Below are positions 25,874 to 37,420 of a stretch of 64,000 bases of DNA, piece after piece. A model generated the notes under the pieces. The model did not search any database. It saw only the letters and a list, made by a program, of their open reading frames with translations, and was not told where the DNA came from. This stretch comes from Guillardia theta CCMP2712 (Eukaryota > Protista > Cryptophyta): positions 280,632 to 344,631 of the forward strand of contig NW_005434617.1 of the NCBI RefSeq assembly GCF_000315625.1, given 5' to 3'. Position 1 is the first letter of the stretch; each line of letters opens with the position of its first letter. Position numbers and translations under genes: made by a program.

Positions 25874-26955
25874 TTACTTTTTTGTTTTCCTTTGATAGCG
25901 TATTGCTTCAGGGAGGTTCAACAATTGGTCTCTTAGATAGAGAAACTGATCAGCGGGCAGCGGTTTTGTGAATATATCAGCAACTTGCTCGCTTGTATGA
26001 ATTGCTTCCAAGGTAATCTCCTTGTTGGCAACGCATTGTCGTATGAAATGGTGTCTTCTCTTGATGTGTTTCGATCTGCTCTTGCTGACGGGATTCTCGC
26101 TGAGCTTGATGCAGGCGGCGTTGTCTTGATAGCATATCGTCGTAGGTTGCTTGTATCCCATGAACTCGAGCGTCTCTCGTAAGTACAAAATCTCGATAGC
26201 TGTAAGCGTGCTTTGGATGTATTCGCTTTCCATGGTAGACAGTGAGACAGTGTTGTGTCTTGCTGATTTCCATGAGATTGGTGTCCCATTGAGGAAAATG
26301 ACGTATCCACCGGTTGATCTGCTTGTGAGCTTGCAATCGGCGTCTGAGCTATCGCAGAATGCGACTAGTTCCATTTTCTTGTGTCCGTTGTCATCGTTGT
26401 CGGTGTATCTGATTCCTAGTGTCTTGGTGTTCTTGAGATAAGCGTATACTCTGTGCACTGCCATTAACAGTTTCTTCGTAGGACTTGTGAGATATCTTGA
26501 TAGCAATGATACTGCATAGCTGATTTCTGGTCTTGACCATGTTGCTATGTATATCAGACTTGCTACTTGGCTTCTGTAGATTTTGACTAAGTCTTCAGGC
26601 GCGTGCGGATCAACGTCTTCTGGTTCGATCACGAACTTGGGATCCATTGGCGTGGTGAATTTCCCTGTAGGGTCGATCCCCTCAAGGTTAAATCTTTTCA
26701 AACATTTTTCGATGTACGCTTGCTGGTTGCTGATGAAGTCTCCAGCTTCGTCCCTCTTGTACGCGACTCCCAGATAGAAGCTAAGATCGTTGTCAGTTGT
26801 TACGCTGTATCCTTTTGTGTTCATCATGAAGTCGTCGAACTTTGCAAATAGTGCTTGGCTGTTGCTAGCTTGGATGATGTCGTCGACTACTAATGCGATG
26901 ATGATCTCTCCCCCTTGCTCGTCATGATATAGAAACAAACAATCATCTGACGTGC
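25874..26955 (-). CDS. Copia pol, reverse transcriptase C-terminal part and RNase H (5' part lies in the N gap)
   Basis: DDCLF, LVVDDII, YLGV, YRSQVASLIY..SRPEISYAVSLLSRY, AFCDS, SLSTMESEY, YQDNAAC, SKHIKRRHHFIR, QVADIFTKPL. Confidence 0.93.
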
Positions 26956-27782
26956 NNNNNNNNNNNNNNNNNNNNNNNNNNNNNNNNNNNNNNNNNNNNN
27001 NNNNNNNNNNNNNNNNNNNNNNNNNNNNNNNNNNNNNNNNNNNNNNNNNNNNNNNNNNNNNNNNNNNNNNNNNNNNNNNNNNNNNNNNNNNNNNNNNNNN
27101 NNNNNNNNNNNNNNNNNNNNNNNNNNNNNNNNNNNNNNNNNNNNNNNNNNNNNNNNNNNNNNNNNNNNNNNNNNNNNNNNNNNNNNNNNNNNNNNNNNNN
27201 NNNNNNNNNNNNNNNNNNNNNNNNNNNNNNNNNNNNNNNNNNNNNNNNNNNNNNNNNNNNNNNNNNNNNNNNNNNNNNNNNNNNNNNNNNNNNNNNNNNN
27301 NNNNNNNNNNNNNNNNNNNNNNNNNNNNNNNNNNNNNNNNNNNNNNNNNNNNNNNNNNNNNNNNNNNNNNNNNNNNNNNNNNNNNNNNNNNNNNNNNNNN
27401 NNNNNNNNNNNNNNNNNNNNNNNNNNNNNNNNNNNNNNNNNNNNNNNNNNNNNNNNNNNNNNNNNNNNNNNNNNNNNNNNNNNNNNNNNNNNNNNNNNNN
27501 NNNNNNNNNNNNNNNNNNNNNNNNNNNNNNNNNNNNNNNNNNNNNNNNNNNNNNNNNNNNNNNNNNNNNNNNNNNNNNNNNNNNNNNNNNNNNNNNNNNN
27601 NNNNNNNNNNNNNNNNNNNNNNNNNNNNNNNNNNNNNNNNNNNNNNNNNNNNNNNNNNNNNNNNNNNNNNNNNNNNNNNNNNNNNNNNNNNNNNNNNNNN
27701 NNNNNNNNNNNNNNNNNNNNNNNNNNNNNNNNNNNNNNNNNNNNNNNNNNNNNNNNNNNNNNNNNNNNNNNNNNNNTTCGTT

Positions 27783-29400
27783 CTACCCTGACCAGCTGGC
27801 GGGTCGAACCTCCTCATTGTCAAACGCGATATGGCTGGTTGCCGACAACATGCCTGTGTAGAATAGTTGAGCTTTTTGTATCCTTGATTCTCTTCTTTCA
27901 TCTTTCTTGCATCCTTGAAGAAAAGACATCAAGCTGTCGATTTCTTCGTTGTAATGATTTTCGTTGTACATGTTTCGTTGTGGTGGCCCGTGTGACCATG
28001 TCATGATTTTCTCTTCCAGGTTATTGTATGTGTCGACAAGTACTCCACAGTATTGTCGCTTCGTTAAGGTGCGATCTTGATAAGGGATGCCAAGGTTCGT
28101 AAGGAACTCTAGTGTGCTTCCTGATGGAAGTAGTGTCGCATTGATGAAGTCTTGATTGTCGAACTCTTCAATTCCTGTTGGAAGATCATTGTCTTCGTGG
28201 TCTGAATCACTTGTCGGTGTGTCCACATTCGTCTTCTGTACAATTCGTCCTGACCTCAGTTGATGTTCAGGTATTTGGGTGAGTTTATCCCACTCAAAAT
28301 CCTTTTCACCACTGTTGTAGGTTTCGACTTGAAGACTGGCTAGTTCACGGTTCATGTGCCCTCTTTCTGATAGTCCTGGATCCACCGCTACTTGTTCGTC
28401 TTGTGTGATATCACTCTCTCTTACAACTGATGTCTCAGAACAGGTTCTCGTGAGATGGTTGTCAACTTCAACAGCTTGTTGCCTCACTTGGATCACCATG
28501 GGATCATTGTGTGCTATGCCATGTTGTTGATCTGCAAACGGTCGTCGATTTCTCTCTTCAGGTTGGGCGCTGGAGTTTCCACCGGCATCTTCAGATTCTG
28601 AATCTGATGCGTCTGATGTATCTGACATTTCGATCAATCGTTCACCGGCTCTTTTGAGCACAATGACGTTGTCGTCGCCAAAATCATCAGTTCCGCCGTA
28701 TGGTATTTTCCAAGATCTGTCCTCCGGGTGAGAAAATCTGTAGGGGAATACTTCTTCGTTGAAACTTATATTGTTCTGTGTGACGTACAGTTGTTTCCCA
28801 TTCAGTGCTGCTGCCAAATAACCTTTCATTCCTAGGTGGTGGGCGAAGCCAAGAAACACGCAAACTTCTGCTGTTGGCTCGAGTTTTTTGTCTTTCTTTT
28901 GATCTAATCTTCTGTCCTTTAGGATATGAACGTAGCAGAGGCAACCGAATGGATGGAAGTGTTCTGCGTTTGGTGATGTACCTGTAAACGCTTGGTAGCA
29001 ACTGATGTTTGAGTTTCTGCTGGTAGGAAGGAATGCATTCTCGATCTCTGCGTTGTAATATATAGCGCTGAGCCAGAGATTTTTCGGAACGTTTGAGTGT
29101 ACGATTGCCAATCTAGTCCTTGTATCTAACGAGTAGATTCCAGATTCAGCTCTTCCATTTTGCCAATGTTCATATGGTGCGCTTCTTTCTAGGTGGATGT
29201 TGTGCTTCTCGTACATCTTCAGTGATTTCTTTGAAACCATTTCGCTCCCATTGTCAACTCGAATCACTTTGGGGTAGACCCCATTGTTGAATCTCGTGAC
29301 AACAAGTCGTAACGATTTCCTGTAACCTTTCTTGCTCGCTAAACCTACAGGCATCTTGAATCCTGAGAAGTCGTCTTTCCAGAGTTGGAGGTACCGTTTG
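27783..29400 (-). CDS. Copia integrase core and linker (second frame after a frameshift)
   Basis: RYLQLWKDDFSG, IRVDNGSE, SAPYEHWQNGRAE, HPFGCLCY, KLEPTAEVCVFLGF. Confidence 0.9.
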
Positions 29401-32365
29401 CTCCTTCGATCGAGCGGACTCGATAGGAGCTCATATCCCCATGCAGCCTGTGAAATCTGACATCGGATCTTTTGTGTCTGAATTTTGGTAATGGAGCTGC
29501 CTTGGTTTTCGCTCTGCGGCATGTGTGACATGTCGGCAGGGGTGTTTTTGGATTGATTCTCTTCAATTCCTCCATGCCTTCGATGTTTTCTGCCAGTTGG
29601 AAAAGGTATTTCTTGCCGATGTGGTTGGTTCTTACGTGCCACTTGAGCAGAATCGCTGATGCTCTTGTTCCTTTGATGCGTTCTCCCGTTGAATATAGGT
29701 AAATATTCTTGAGATCTGATTTGTCATTCTTCAATTGTTCTTCGTATTCCTTGTCGTTTTCGTCAAGTTCTTCGATCGTTGTGTTTGTAAAGTCGTCAAA
29801 ATCTGTAAATGATCTTGGATCGTTGAGATACTCCTTGGTTTGCTGTTGAATCTCTTCCGTCGTGAATTGTCTTGCAGATTCTAATGGAGTGTTGTCAGTA
29901 GTCATCAGCTCGTCATCGGAGCTGCTGCAACTGTCCAAGGTCTCTCCATTTTCACTGTCTGACTCTTCTGACGTGTCTAATTCAGGTCGTACATCTCGCA
30001 TGCTGATAGGAAAGGTCTTCATGTGCGTGGGCTTGAAAGCTGTTGCCGAAGTTGTGCTCTCCCCCTGCATCGCAGCTTGGTAGATGTGGATGCTTCCCCC
30101 CCAACGAGGTACGCTCTCCAGTCTTGCGCCGTGGATGATCAGGTGGATTCTGCGTTTTGATGTACTTTGTGTATTTGTCGTTTGTGTTGACTCCTTGATT
30201 GTTGCCGTGAGTGGTATTTCGCCTTCTTGAATTTCTCTGAGAATTGTGTCTTTATCCCAGATGGTTTTTGCTGATAGCTTGGAGATTATCTTATTTGTCT
30301 TCCTGTTGGGTCTTTGGATTTCGACGTACCATAGGTAGGTGCTTGGGCAGAAGTAGAAAGGTATAAATTCATTGTTGAGTGTAATGATTCCGTGTAGTCC
30401 TCCTTCTGGTTTACCTTTGTGGATTATTGTGTGTCCACTATTTGTAATTCGCCAGATGGATAACAGGTTGATTTTAGCATTTTCGTCGCTGATTACTGTT
30501 GCTATAGTTGCAAATGCAAAACGTTTTCCTTCGATTGATGCTATCGTTCCTGCTAGAATTCCTCCGAGCGATGTATTGATCTTGCTGCCCCCCACGCCGG
30601 TGATCTCAGTTTTGTGTGTAAACGATCTCTGTAACCAACTTGGATTGCAGAGTACGCTTACCGTTGCACCTGAGTCGACAATAGCGTACAGGGACTCTTG
30701 TTGTTCTTTCGCTTTTAACGCGTGTAGGAAAACTTGATACCGATCAGTGTTCCTGATCAGTAGTCTGGGTATATGAAAGATGTATTCAAGGTACCATGGT
30801 TTTGAAACTTTTGAGAACAGAGCTGCATCAAGCTTGTGCAGTTGGATCTCGTCAGTTTTCGACCTGGTATCACTTTGATATACAACATAATTTTTAGAAC
30901 AGGGATACTCCTTGGGAGATTTATTCTTTCTAGAACTGCGTCCTAGTGTGCCTCGGAACGTCTCTTTTACGACTTCTTTCAGTCGTTTCGGAGGTGTTCG
31001 AGATGAGGACGGTTCATCGGATTCGTCTTCATCACTGCTAGGTGATTCTTGAACGGATTCTTGGGTTTCGGTTTGGTCGGTAGAGGTGGCTTCTTGCAGT
31101 GCTTTTGTGAGGTTCACGAGGACCTTCTTGTCGATGCTGACTGTTTGCTTGTATTTTGACTTCGGGTATTGTCCGCTCTCCTCGTTTGAACGGTTTGGGT
31201 TCGACGAGCGATGACTCTTGGCGGTAAATTTTGCGGATCTTCCTGCCCTTGTCTGAAAACCGGTTGAAATGCTTCCTGTGATCCTCTTCATGGTTGGCGC
31301 TGTTTTATTGCCAGTGGCTCTTTCTCCGATCCTAGATGCGTCATGCTCGTTGGTAGCGTGACTGAGAGAAATCCTTGCTGGAAGTCGTTTTTCTTTGCAG
31401 ATTTTGCATCCAGTAAAGTTTTCTTGTTGTTGTCTCCTGATTTTCTGTGGTGTATTGTTTTGTTTGACGGAGGCTGAAAACACGGCGTTCGCCTTTCGTT
31501 TTTGACCTGAATGATGTGCTTCTGTTGATTTCTTGCCAGAGCTTTCTTGTCCTGCTTGAAGGATAGGTATTGGGTGTTTCGTGCCTCTGGTAGTGAAGTT
31601 CATCATATGTTGATGGAATTTCAAAAAATCTTCTATCTGGGGTTCTCCCTCGTAGAAGAAGTTTTCTTCCGTTGCGTTGCGATGGATTTGAGATGTTATC
31701 CAACTGCCTAGTTCTGCTTGAACGCCCGTTTCGTCGATTGCTCTGAGGTTGTCGATAACGTCTTTGAAAGCACGGGTGTAGATGAAAGTGCAGTCTTTGC
31801 CTTGTGAAGCAAATTTCTTCAAGGTCCTAACCACATTGGGGATGTAGTCTCCGTTGTAGATTACTGCTTGCTCTAGTTCTTTGAGATTGGCAAGGGTCTG
31901 TTCAGCTTTTGTTGCTTCGGTTGGCTTGTCTAGTCTTTTAAAGTCTGTCCATGCCTTGATCCCAGCTAAGCAAAGCTTTGTAGGCGTCTCGGGGGATTTG
32001 TGTTCTTCTTCCATGTGGGCTTTCAGAATCTGAATCCTGCCAGGGCATTGCATGTAAACAGTGTGGAGGATTTGCGTCAAAGCAGCATCTGCTTCTCGTA
32101 CAAATTCTCTCCTTTTCTGTCTCATGTTTTCCTGTAATTCTTCTGATTGAGTATCTCTGATGGGAAAATGACAGTCGAAGTAGGCTCTCATGTTTTCTGG
32201 ATTCCCTTCAGAGTTGAGGTATGCATAGTATTGCCCTATCAACTCGAACTGTATAAAGTTCTCGATATCTGGGGCAAGTCTTTGCATATTCTCGGGTGTT
32301 ACTGCTGTAATCATCGAGTCCTGAGGCTGATTGATTGGCGGCCATTGTAGACGGTATGGCGACAT
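29345..32365 (-). CDS. Copia gag-protease-integrase N-terminus
   Basis: 1006-aa ORF; protease IVDSGAT and NLLSI; HHCC zinc domain WHVRTNH...CHTC; LHGD first catalytic Asp. Confidence 0.9.
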   Translation of the reverse strand: MSPYRLQWPPINQPQDSMITAVTPENMQRLAPDIENFIQFELIGQYYAYLNSEGNPENMRAYFDCHFPIRDTQSEELQENMRQKRREFVREADAALTQILHTVYMQCPGRIQILKAHMEEEHKSPETPTKLCLAGIKAWTDFKRLDKPTEATKAEQTLANLKELEQAVIYNGDYIPNVVRTLKKFASQGKDCTFIYTRAFKDVIDNLRAIDETGVQAELGSWITSQIHRNATEENFFYEGEPQIEDFLKFHQHMMNFTTRGTKHPIPILQAGQESSGKKSTEAHHSGQKRKANAVFSASVKQNNTPQKIRRQQQENFTGCKICKEKRLPARISLSHATNEHDASRIGERATGNKTAPTMKRITGSISTGFQTRAGRSAKFTAKSHRSSNPNRSNEESGQYPKSKYKQTVSIDKKVLVNLTKALQEATSTDQTETQESVQESPSSDEDESDEPSSSRTPPKRLKEVVKETFRGTLGRSSRKNKSPKEYPCSKNYVVYQSDTRSKTDEIQLHKLDAALFSKVSKPWYLEYIFHIPRLLIRNTDRYQVFLHALKAKEQQESLYAIVDSGATVSVLCNPSWLQRSFTHKTEITGVGGSKINTSLGGILAGTIASIEGKRFAFATIATVISDENAKINLLSIWRITNSGHTIIHKGKPEGGLHGIITLNNEFIPFYFCPSTYLWYVEIQRPNRKTNKIISKLSAKTIWDKDTILREIQEGEIPLTATIKESTQTTNTQSTSKRRIHLIIHGARLESVPRWGGSIHIYQAAMQGESTTSATAFKPTHMKTFPISMRDVRPELDTSEESDSENGETLDSCSSSDDELMTTDNTPLESARQFTTEEIQQQTKEYLNDPRSFTDFDDFTNTTIEELDENDKEYEEQLKNDKSDLKNIYLYSTGERIKGTRASAILLKWHVRTNHIGKKYLFQLAENIEGMEELKRINPKTPLPTCHTCRRAKTKAAPLPKFRHKRSDVRFHRLHGDMSSYRVRSIEGANGTSNSGKTTSQDSRCL

Positions 32366-32395
32366 CTGTTCCTTTAACGCGAGGCTTTTATAACC

Positions 32396-32784
32396 TGATG
32401 CGGGTATAGTCCAGCAACTGAGCGATAGTGCACTTAGGAGTAGAACAGATGAACAATGAAGCTAGATTTGTTTATGTACAGCAGTAAGAGAACACACGTC
32501 AATGTTCGTGCAATCCCATTCCGATGACGTGGCCAACGTCTAAGATGGGTTGCTTATATGTCGAGGTCAGGCTTAACCCGTAATACAGCAATGAGTAAAC
32601 ATGTGTATCGGTTTATACCAGCCTCATGCTTTCATCATACCAATGTGTTGTACGTACGTCTACGTCCAGTACACATCTTCGATTCTAGCATTATACACCT
32701 CGCCAGCGTACGTAGCCTCTTGCGACTACTCGCATGATGCTGCCATGTCCGTTACTGACGTAACGTCATGCGGGTGCAACATCA
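32396..32784 (-). repeat. 5' LTR
   Basis: Direct repeat of 24617-25005; followed on the minus strand by a GGTTAT-type primer-binding site and the gag ATG. Confidence 0.95.
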
Positions 32785-32919
32785 CCTTGGGCGTAGCGTA
32801 GGAAAATAGGATGACCGACGATCATCGGATGCAGATCCCTGCAGTGGTGCTGCTGATCTGATGAGAGTGTGTGCTTAATAAACAGTGATCCTAAGATCAT
32901 CTGAGCTCAAGGTCTTACA

Positions 32920-33160
32920 GCGGTCCGACTCCGCCAGGGGCGGCCGCCGGGGGCCGGCCGCAGCCGCGCGGCCGGCCCTCAGCGGCGTTCGAGCCTGGAG
33001 CGGCGGCCTGCGGCCCGGCCAGGCAGGGGCCGTCGCCGTAGGCGGCTTTCCGGGCCACACTACTGGGCCCGGCCGCGCCGCCAGCCTCTGACCGTACGGT
33101 CCGTCCGACTCCTGCGGGAAGCCGGGCGGACCGTCGGAATCGCAGGCGGCGCGGCAGTAG
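32920..33160. other. GC-rich intergenic island 4
   Basis: GGCCGGCC, CCGTACGG and CCGACTCC words; followed by a ~1.8-kb GGGGT-rich tract. Confidence 0.75.
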
Positions 33161-35400
33161 TAACGTAATCCAGGGCGAGTCTCTCCCTATTGATCACCTA
33201 TGCGAGTTGGTACGACTCAAAGTTAAATCTGCAGTGGTAGGTGCGTAGGAAATCAATGAGTTGAGCGATTTCCTAAAGTTGATATCTGGCAGATAACGTA
33301 CCAAAGTGTCAACACGGTGTCAAACTGCTCTTCTAGTACGGGTACTTCTGAGCTTCGAAGTGCATGTGTTCATGAGGTGGGGTCATTAAACCGGGGCAAA
33401 CCACCTACCCCTACTCATCCGTGTGACCTCAATCCGTATCAGGGGAATGCAAAGTAGTAAAGCGGGGTCGGAAGAGTGGGTAGGGTGGTGCCGGAATCGG
33501 CGGTGTCAAATGAGGACCAGGGTTATGATCCTCCAGGGGGTGGGTGTACGGAGTTTTGTCACAGCGGGGATGAGGGTACAGATCAAAGATGAACGGCGAG
33601 GCAATCGGTGGGGTGGACAGTTGCTCGGTTGAAGGGTAGGAGGGTGCCAAGATTTGAAGGGGAGGAACAAGAGAAACAGTGTACATGGAGTGGGGTGGTG
33701 GAACATTCCAGCGTGCCGTTTGGTCATTGCAGGGATGCCCAAGAGCTCGGAACGTGACAAGTGAATGGGCTGGAAACAAGCAGCTTTTGGCGAGGAGTCG
33801 TATGGTTGTTTTGTCCTTGTGGTATGGGTGGGGTGGTCCGAGAGGAGCAGGTGTAGTAGCAAAGTGGTGCCCGTGTGCATGGGAGGGGGGCGATCTCAGT
33901 ACAAGATATATGTGGGGGCCGACTGGATGGTAGTAGGGTATGGAAACCACAAGTGTACCAGGAATGGGGGGTAGGGGTTCACTGGAGTTGATGAAATTGG
34001 GAAGGTGGTGGGGTTAAGGCTAGTACAGAAAATGTGTGACCTGTGATGAAGAGATCAGTTGTATAATACATTTATAAAGTGTACACTTTACTACGAAGAT
34101 TACCCACCCCACCTCCGACCCTCCTTCATTGATCGATCTGCAGATACCTCTTGGGCTAGGTACTAATCTGCAGTTGAGCGCTGCTCACCTCGGCTTCCGC
34201 TACCGAACTGAAAGGTTTAGTCAAACTCTGTTGTGTAATATTTTTGTACAAAAATGTGCACAAAAGTTGAGCAAGTTAAATTTCCTAGGACCCTCTGATG
34301 GTGGGGAACAAGGGGGTGGTGCCTGTACTGGCACGGAACAATTATTTGACCCCCCCGTGGCTGGTGTCAGTACCCCATTTGGTGGTGCTATATGATAGGG
34401 TCTCTCGACTGGTTGACATGACTCGACATTTATGTAATCAAGGGGGTGATATGACACAGCAGAGGACGAAGGAGTAGGGGCGGGTGGGGGGAGGGGTGGG
34501 GTCAGGGTGGGGGTGGCATGTGGAGGGGGTGCTCAACTGTTTGGATGTTAACTGGCACGACTACCGTCATGTCATACCAACGTTGGGGGAGTGGGGGTCA
34601 GGAGATCTCCGGAAACAGGTTAACATCCTGTGAGAGAGCCCGCTTTGAAGTGTTTGGGGTGGGGGTGTGAGGAGAAAATTCCGGGGGTGGGGTTGGAGTC
34701 GCAATCGGGGACGATATTGTGAAAGTGGATCGCAGGAGGGTGGGTTGAACGACTATAACGATTTTAATATTTTTTTTGTAAGGTTCATTTTAACAGAAAT
34801 TTGGTGGGTGGGTAGGTCGCGAGGATTACCTCGGTGGTCGGATGGGAGAGGTGGGGAGAGGTGGGGTGGGTACTGGTACAGAGATGGCTTCGGTAGCAAG
34901 ATTGGTATTCCGGGAGGGAGGGTCACTACCCCACGGCTTTGCTTTGTTAAAATGTACCGGTTGTGAGAGGGTGAGGTGGTACCAGACAGGTTGTGTTCCA
35001 GGAGGGGTGGTTGGACAAATGACCAAGAGATTGGAAGGGGGTGAGGGTTTGTGAAAGTGAAGATCTGCTGTATATGAGGGGGTATACGAAAGTAAAATTG
35101 GGGGTACACCAAGGTTTTAATCATGAGGGGTGGGTAGGGGGTGGGTGGGGCAAAGGTTGCATATCAACAAACATTCCTCCTCGGGGAACTTTCAAGAGGA
35201 AGGCTCGGATATCCTGCTCACCTGTCGTGTACCTCTCCTACCTCTCTCCTCCTTTCAGCGCTCTTCTGTACATCCCGCTTCCTCTACCTACAACCTTGCT
35301 CTACAAGCTCGCTTCTCCAACCTCCCTTTGTTTCCTTATTCTTGTACTTTAACACACCGCGATCAAGCAGAAGCCACTTGAAAAAAAGATCCACGACGAA

Positions 35401-36392
35401 ATGACGCGTGAAAACTCCGATAGAGATTCTTCCTCAATCGAGGAGGTACAGTGGACTGCTTGCCATGGCAAGAAGAGAAAGTCGGTGTCGGAAGAACTCG
35501 ATCAGAAGCGGAAGCGTCCCTGCCGAAATGAGCTACGAACGCTGGTCGAGGACGGGTCCAGGGATTATCGGTCATTCAGATCTTACCTCGTCGACCGCTA
35601 TGTAATGACCGGTATTGCGGGTGGTCCATTGACCAAGACGCGATTCTTAGGGATCCGGGATATCTATGAGGTATTTCAAGTTTTTCTGTGATGGATGGAA
35701 TGCTGACGCAAATCCTGCAGTTGATGTGCATGTATCAAGTTCCTATCTCGAGCGATACCACGGCCTACGCTGTGCGCTACTACGACATCTGTCTTGTCAG
35801 TGACGAGCTGAAGGACGAGGCAAAGGTGTCTCCAGAGCTGGCTCTCTCTTGCGGCTTGCTGGCGATGAAGTACATGGAGGTCTCGATCCCACTGGTAAAG
35901 GACGTGTGCAATGTGTTCACCCAAGTCGATGCAGCAAAAATCAGTGCAATGGAAGCGACTATCCTTGCGGCACTGGATTTTGACATCTCTTTCGTTACTG
36001 TATCTCAGATCCTGGGCTCCCTCGTCGAGACCTTGTCTCTCAACCATCAGGCTTTGGTTTCGGCGATGGTTTCAGATTATCTGGAAGTCAGTCACCTTTC
36101 CATGTGTGCAACCTCTCCTGTCACCATGGCTATTGCAATCCTTCACATGGTCCAATCCCGTCTGCTGTTGGCTGCTGAGTCCGATTGGTCAGACTTTTAT
36201 GTTCCCACTCTTCGAGTCATCAAGGATGAAATAGCGCTCATGTGCAAAGAGGAACTTGGCCGTCCTGCGCAGGCCAACAAGCTTTCAGAGTCTTTGCGCT
36301 TTTATTTTGATCAGTTCTCGATCGAAGAAGTTGGAGATGACGGAGTCTCTCGCCTTGTGCTAGCTCCCAACTGGTGGCAAGCCATTTGCTGA
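35401..36392 (+). CDS. Divergent cyclin; 2 exons (35401-35670, 35721-36392)
   Basis: Cyclin-box pattern TTAYAVRYYD...LALSCGLLAMKYME...ISAMEATILAALDFDI; a 50-nt GT-AG intron keeps the frame. Confidence 0.8.
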
Positions 36393-37420
36393 ACAACTTC
36401 AGAAGGTTCTGGTGATTGCATTTTTAGACGTATTTTTTCTCTCGGTATTTTTTCTAGCTTTCTTTCAGTTTTCCCTGTTATTTGTTTTCACTGAAGTGAT
36501 AAATCCTGTGACATAATTGCCTGCTGGGCTCTTGTGAAAAACTTCACATCTTCTACTAGCTGAGGATGATACAACCCATTGATGTTGCGAACCCTCACCC
36601 AGAAAAAAAAAAAACTTCACCTAGCCATGCAGCTAGCAGCAGTCCTATTTTCTCTGGTCTGGAAACATTCTGGTTACCCCACCACTCCGGTCAACCATCA
36701 TCCCGATGTTTGTGCTCCCTCCCTCCTTCCTCTACCTTCCGCCCCTTGCTCCAGCCCTTGCTCTGCCCCCTGCTTCTGCCCTTCCTTCCTCCTCCTTCAC
36801 TTAAGTATCCTCCATTTTCACTCCACTGTTGAACTACCTCGTCTCTGCTGTCTCCACTGTTGAACTACCTCATCTCTGCTGTGCCTTGAACATTATCTAT
36901 GGCGCCCTATGTTTCACCCGGCCTTGCGAACGGAAGGAATGTGGAGCGTGGGCAAGAGTTCAACATGCAATGAGGTGGATCGGGGAGATGGAATGAGAAT
37001 GATAGACAAGAGATGGTCCAGAGCAGGACAGAAGAGGTGGACTGAGCTAGGAACAAGTTGATGGCCCACCAGATGGTGAAGAGCTTGAAGGAAAGGTTGA
37101 ATGCACGAGTAGCGCAGGGAAAGGAGGAGCGTACACGGCAGTAGAGACAGGAGTAGGAGGAAGTAGACTATGTCAGATCAAGCTTAATCTTCGTGCCACC
37201 TACTTCCTCTGTCCCCTCGTGAACCTAGTTGCTGTTTGCATGTCACCACAGTGATTGACGGGGAGGCAGGGGCAGGGACTGACAATGGGGCGAGGATCGG
37301 AGTGAGCTACAGTTACTCTCGTACGTCAGCAGGTAAGCTCTCCTGGTTGCTCCTATCCTGTCGGGAATGCGGTGAGATTCTGAGGTTGTTTTTCTCTGAG
37401 TGAATAACAGGGCGAGGACC

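Larger units (their letters stand above)
24617..32784 (-). mobile_element. Full-length Ty1/copia LTR retrotransposon (~8.2 kb including an assembly gap)
   Basis: Two 389-bp LTRs with TGATG...CATCA ends, 5-bp target duplication CCTTG (24612-24616, 32785-32789), domain order gag-PR-IN-RT-RNaseH, polypurine tract GAGCAAGGGGGAG abutting the 3' LTR. Confidence 0.97.

Noticed and set aside
26956-27776. ORFs spanning N runs (also 11147-11246, 44102-44926, 59327-59426)
   Set aside because: Assembly gaps; lengths and frames across them carry no information.
29390-29405. Frameshift inside the copia integrase (EGA|KRY) as programmed frameshifting
   Set aside because: It falls within the catalytic core rather than at a gag-pol boundary, has no slippery heptamer, and is fixed by adding one A to an A run; an error or a fresh inactivating mutation.
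33380-35150. G-rich tract as interstitial telomere repeats
   Set aside because: No regular tandem unit such as TTAGGG or TTTAGGG; the G runs are irregularly dispersed.
36821-36882. 31-bp tandem duplication CTCCACTGTTGAACTACCTC(G/A)TCTCTGCTGT
   Set aside because: A simple two-copy slippage duplication with no further structure.
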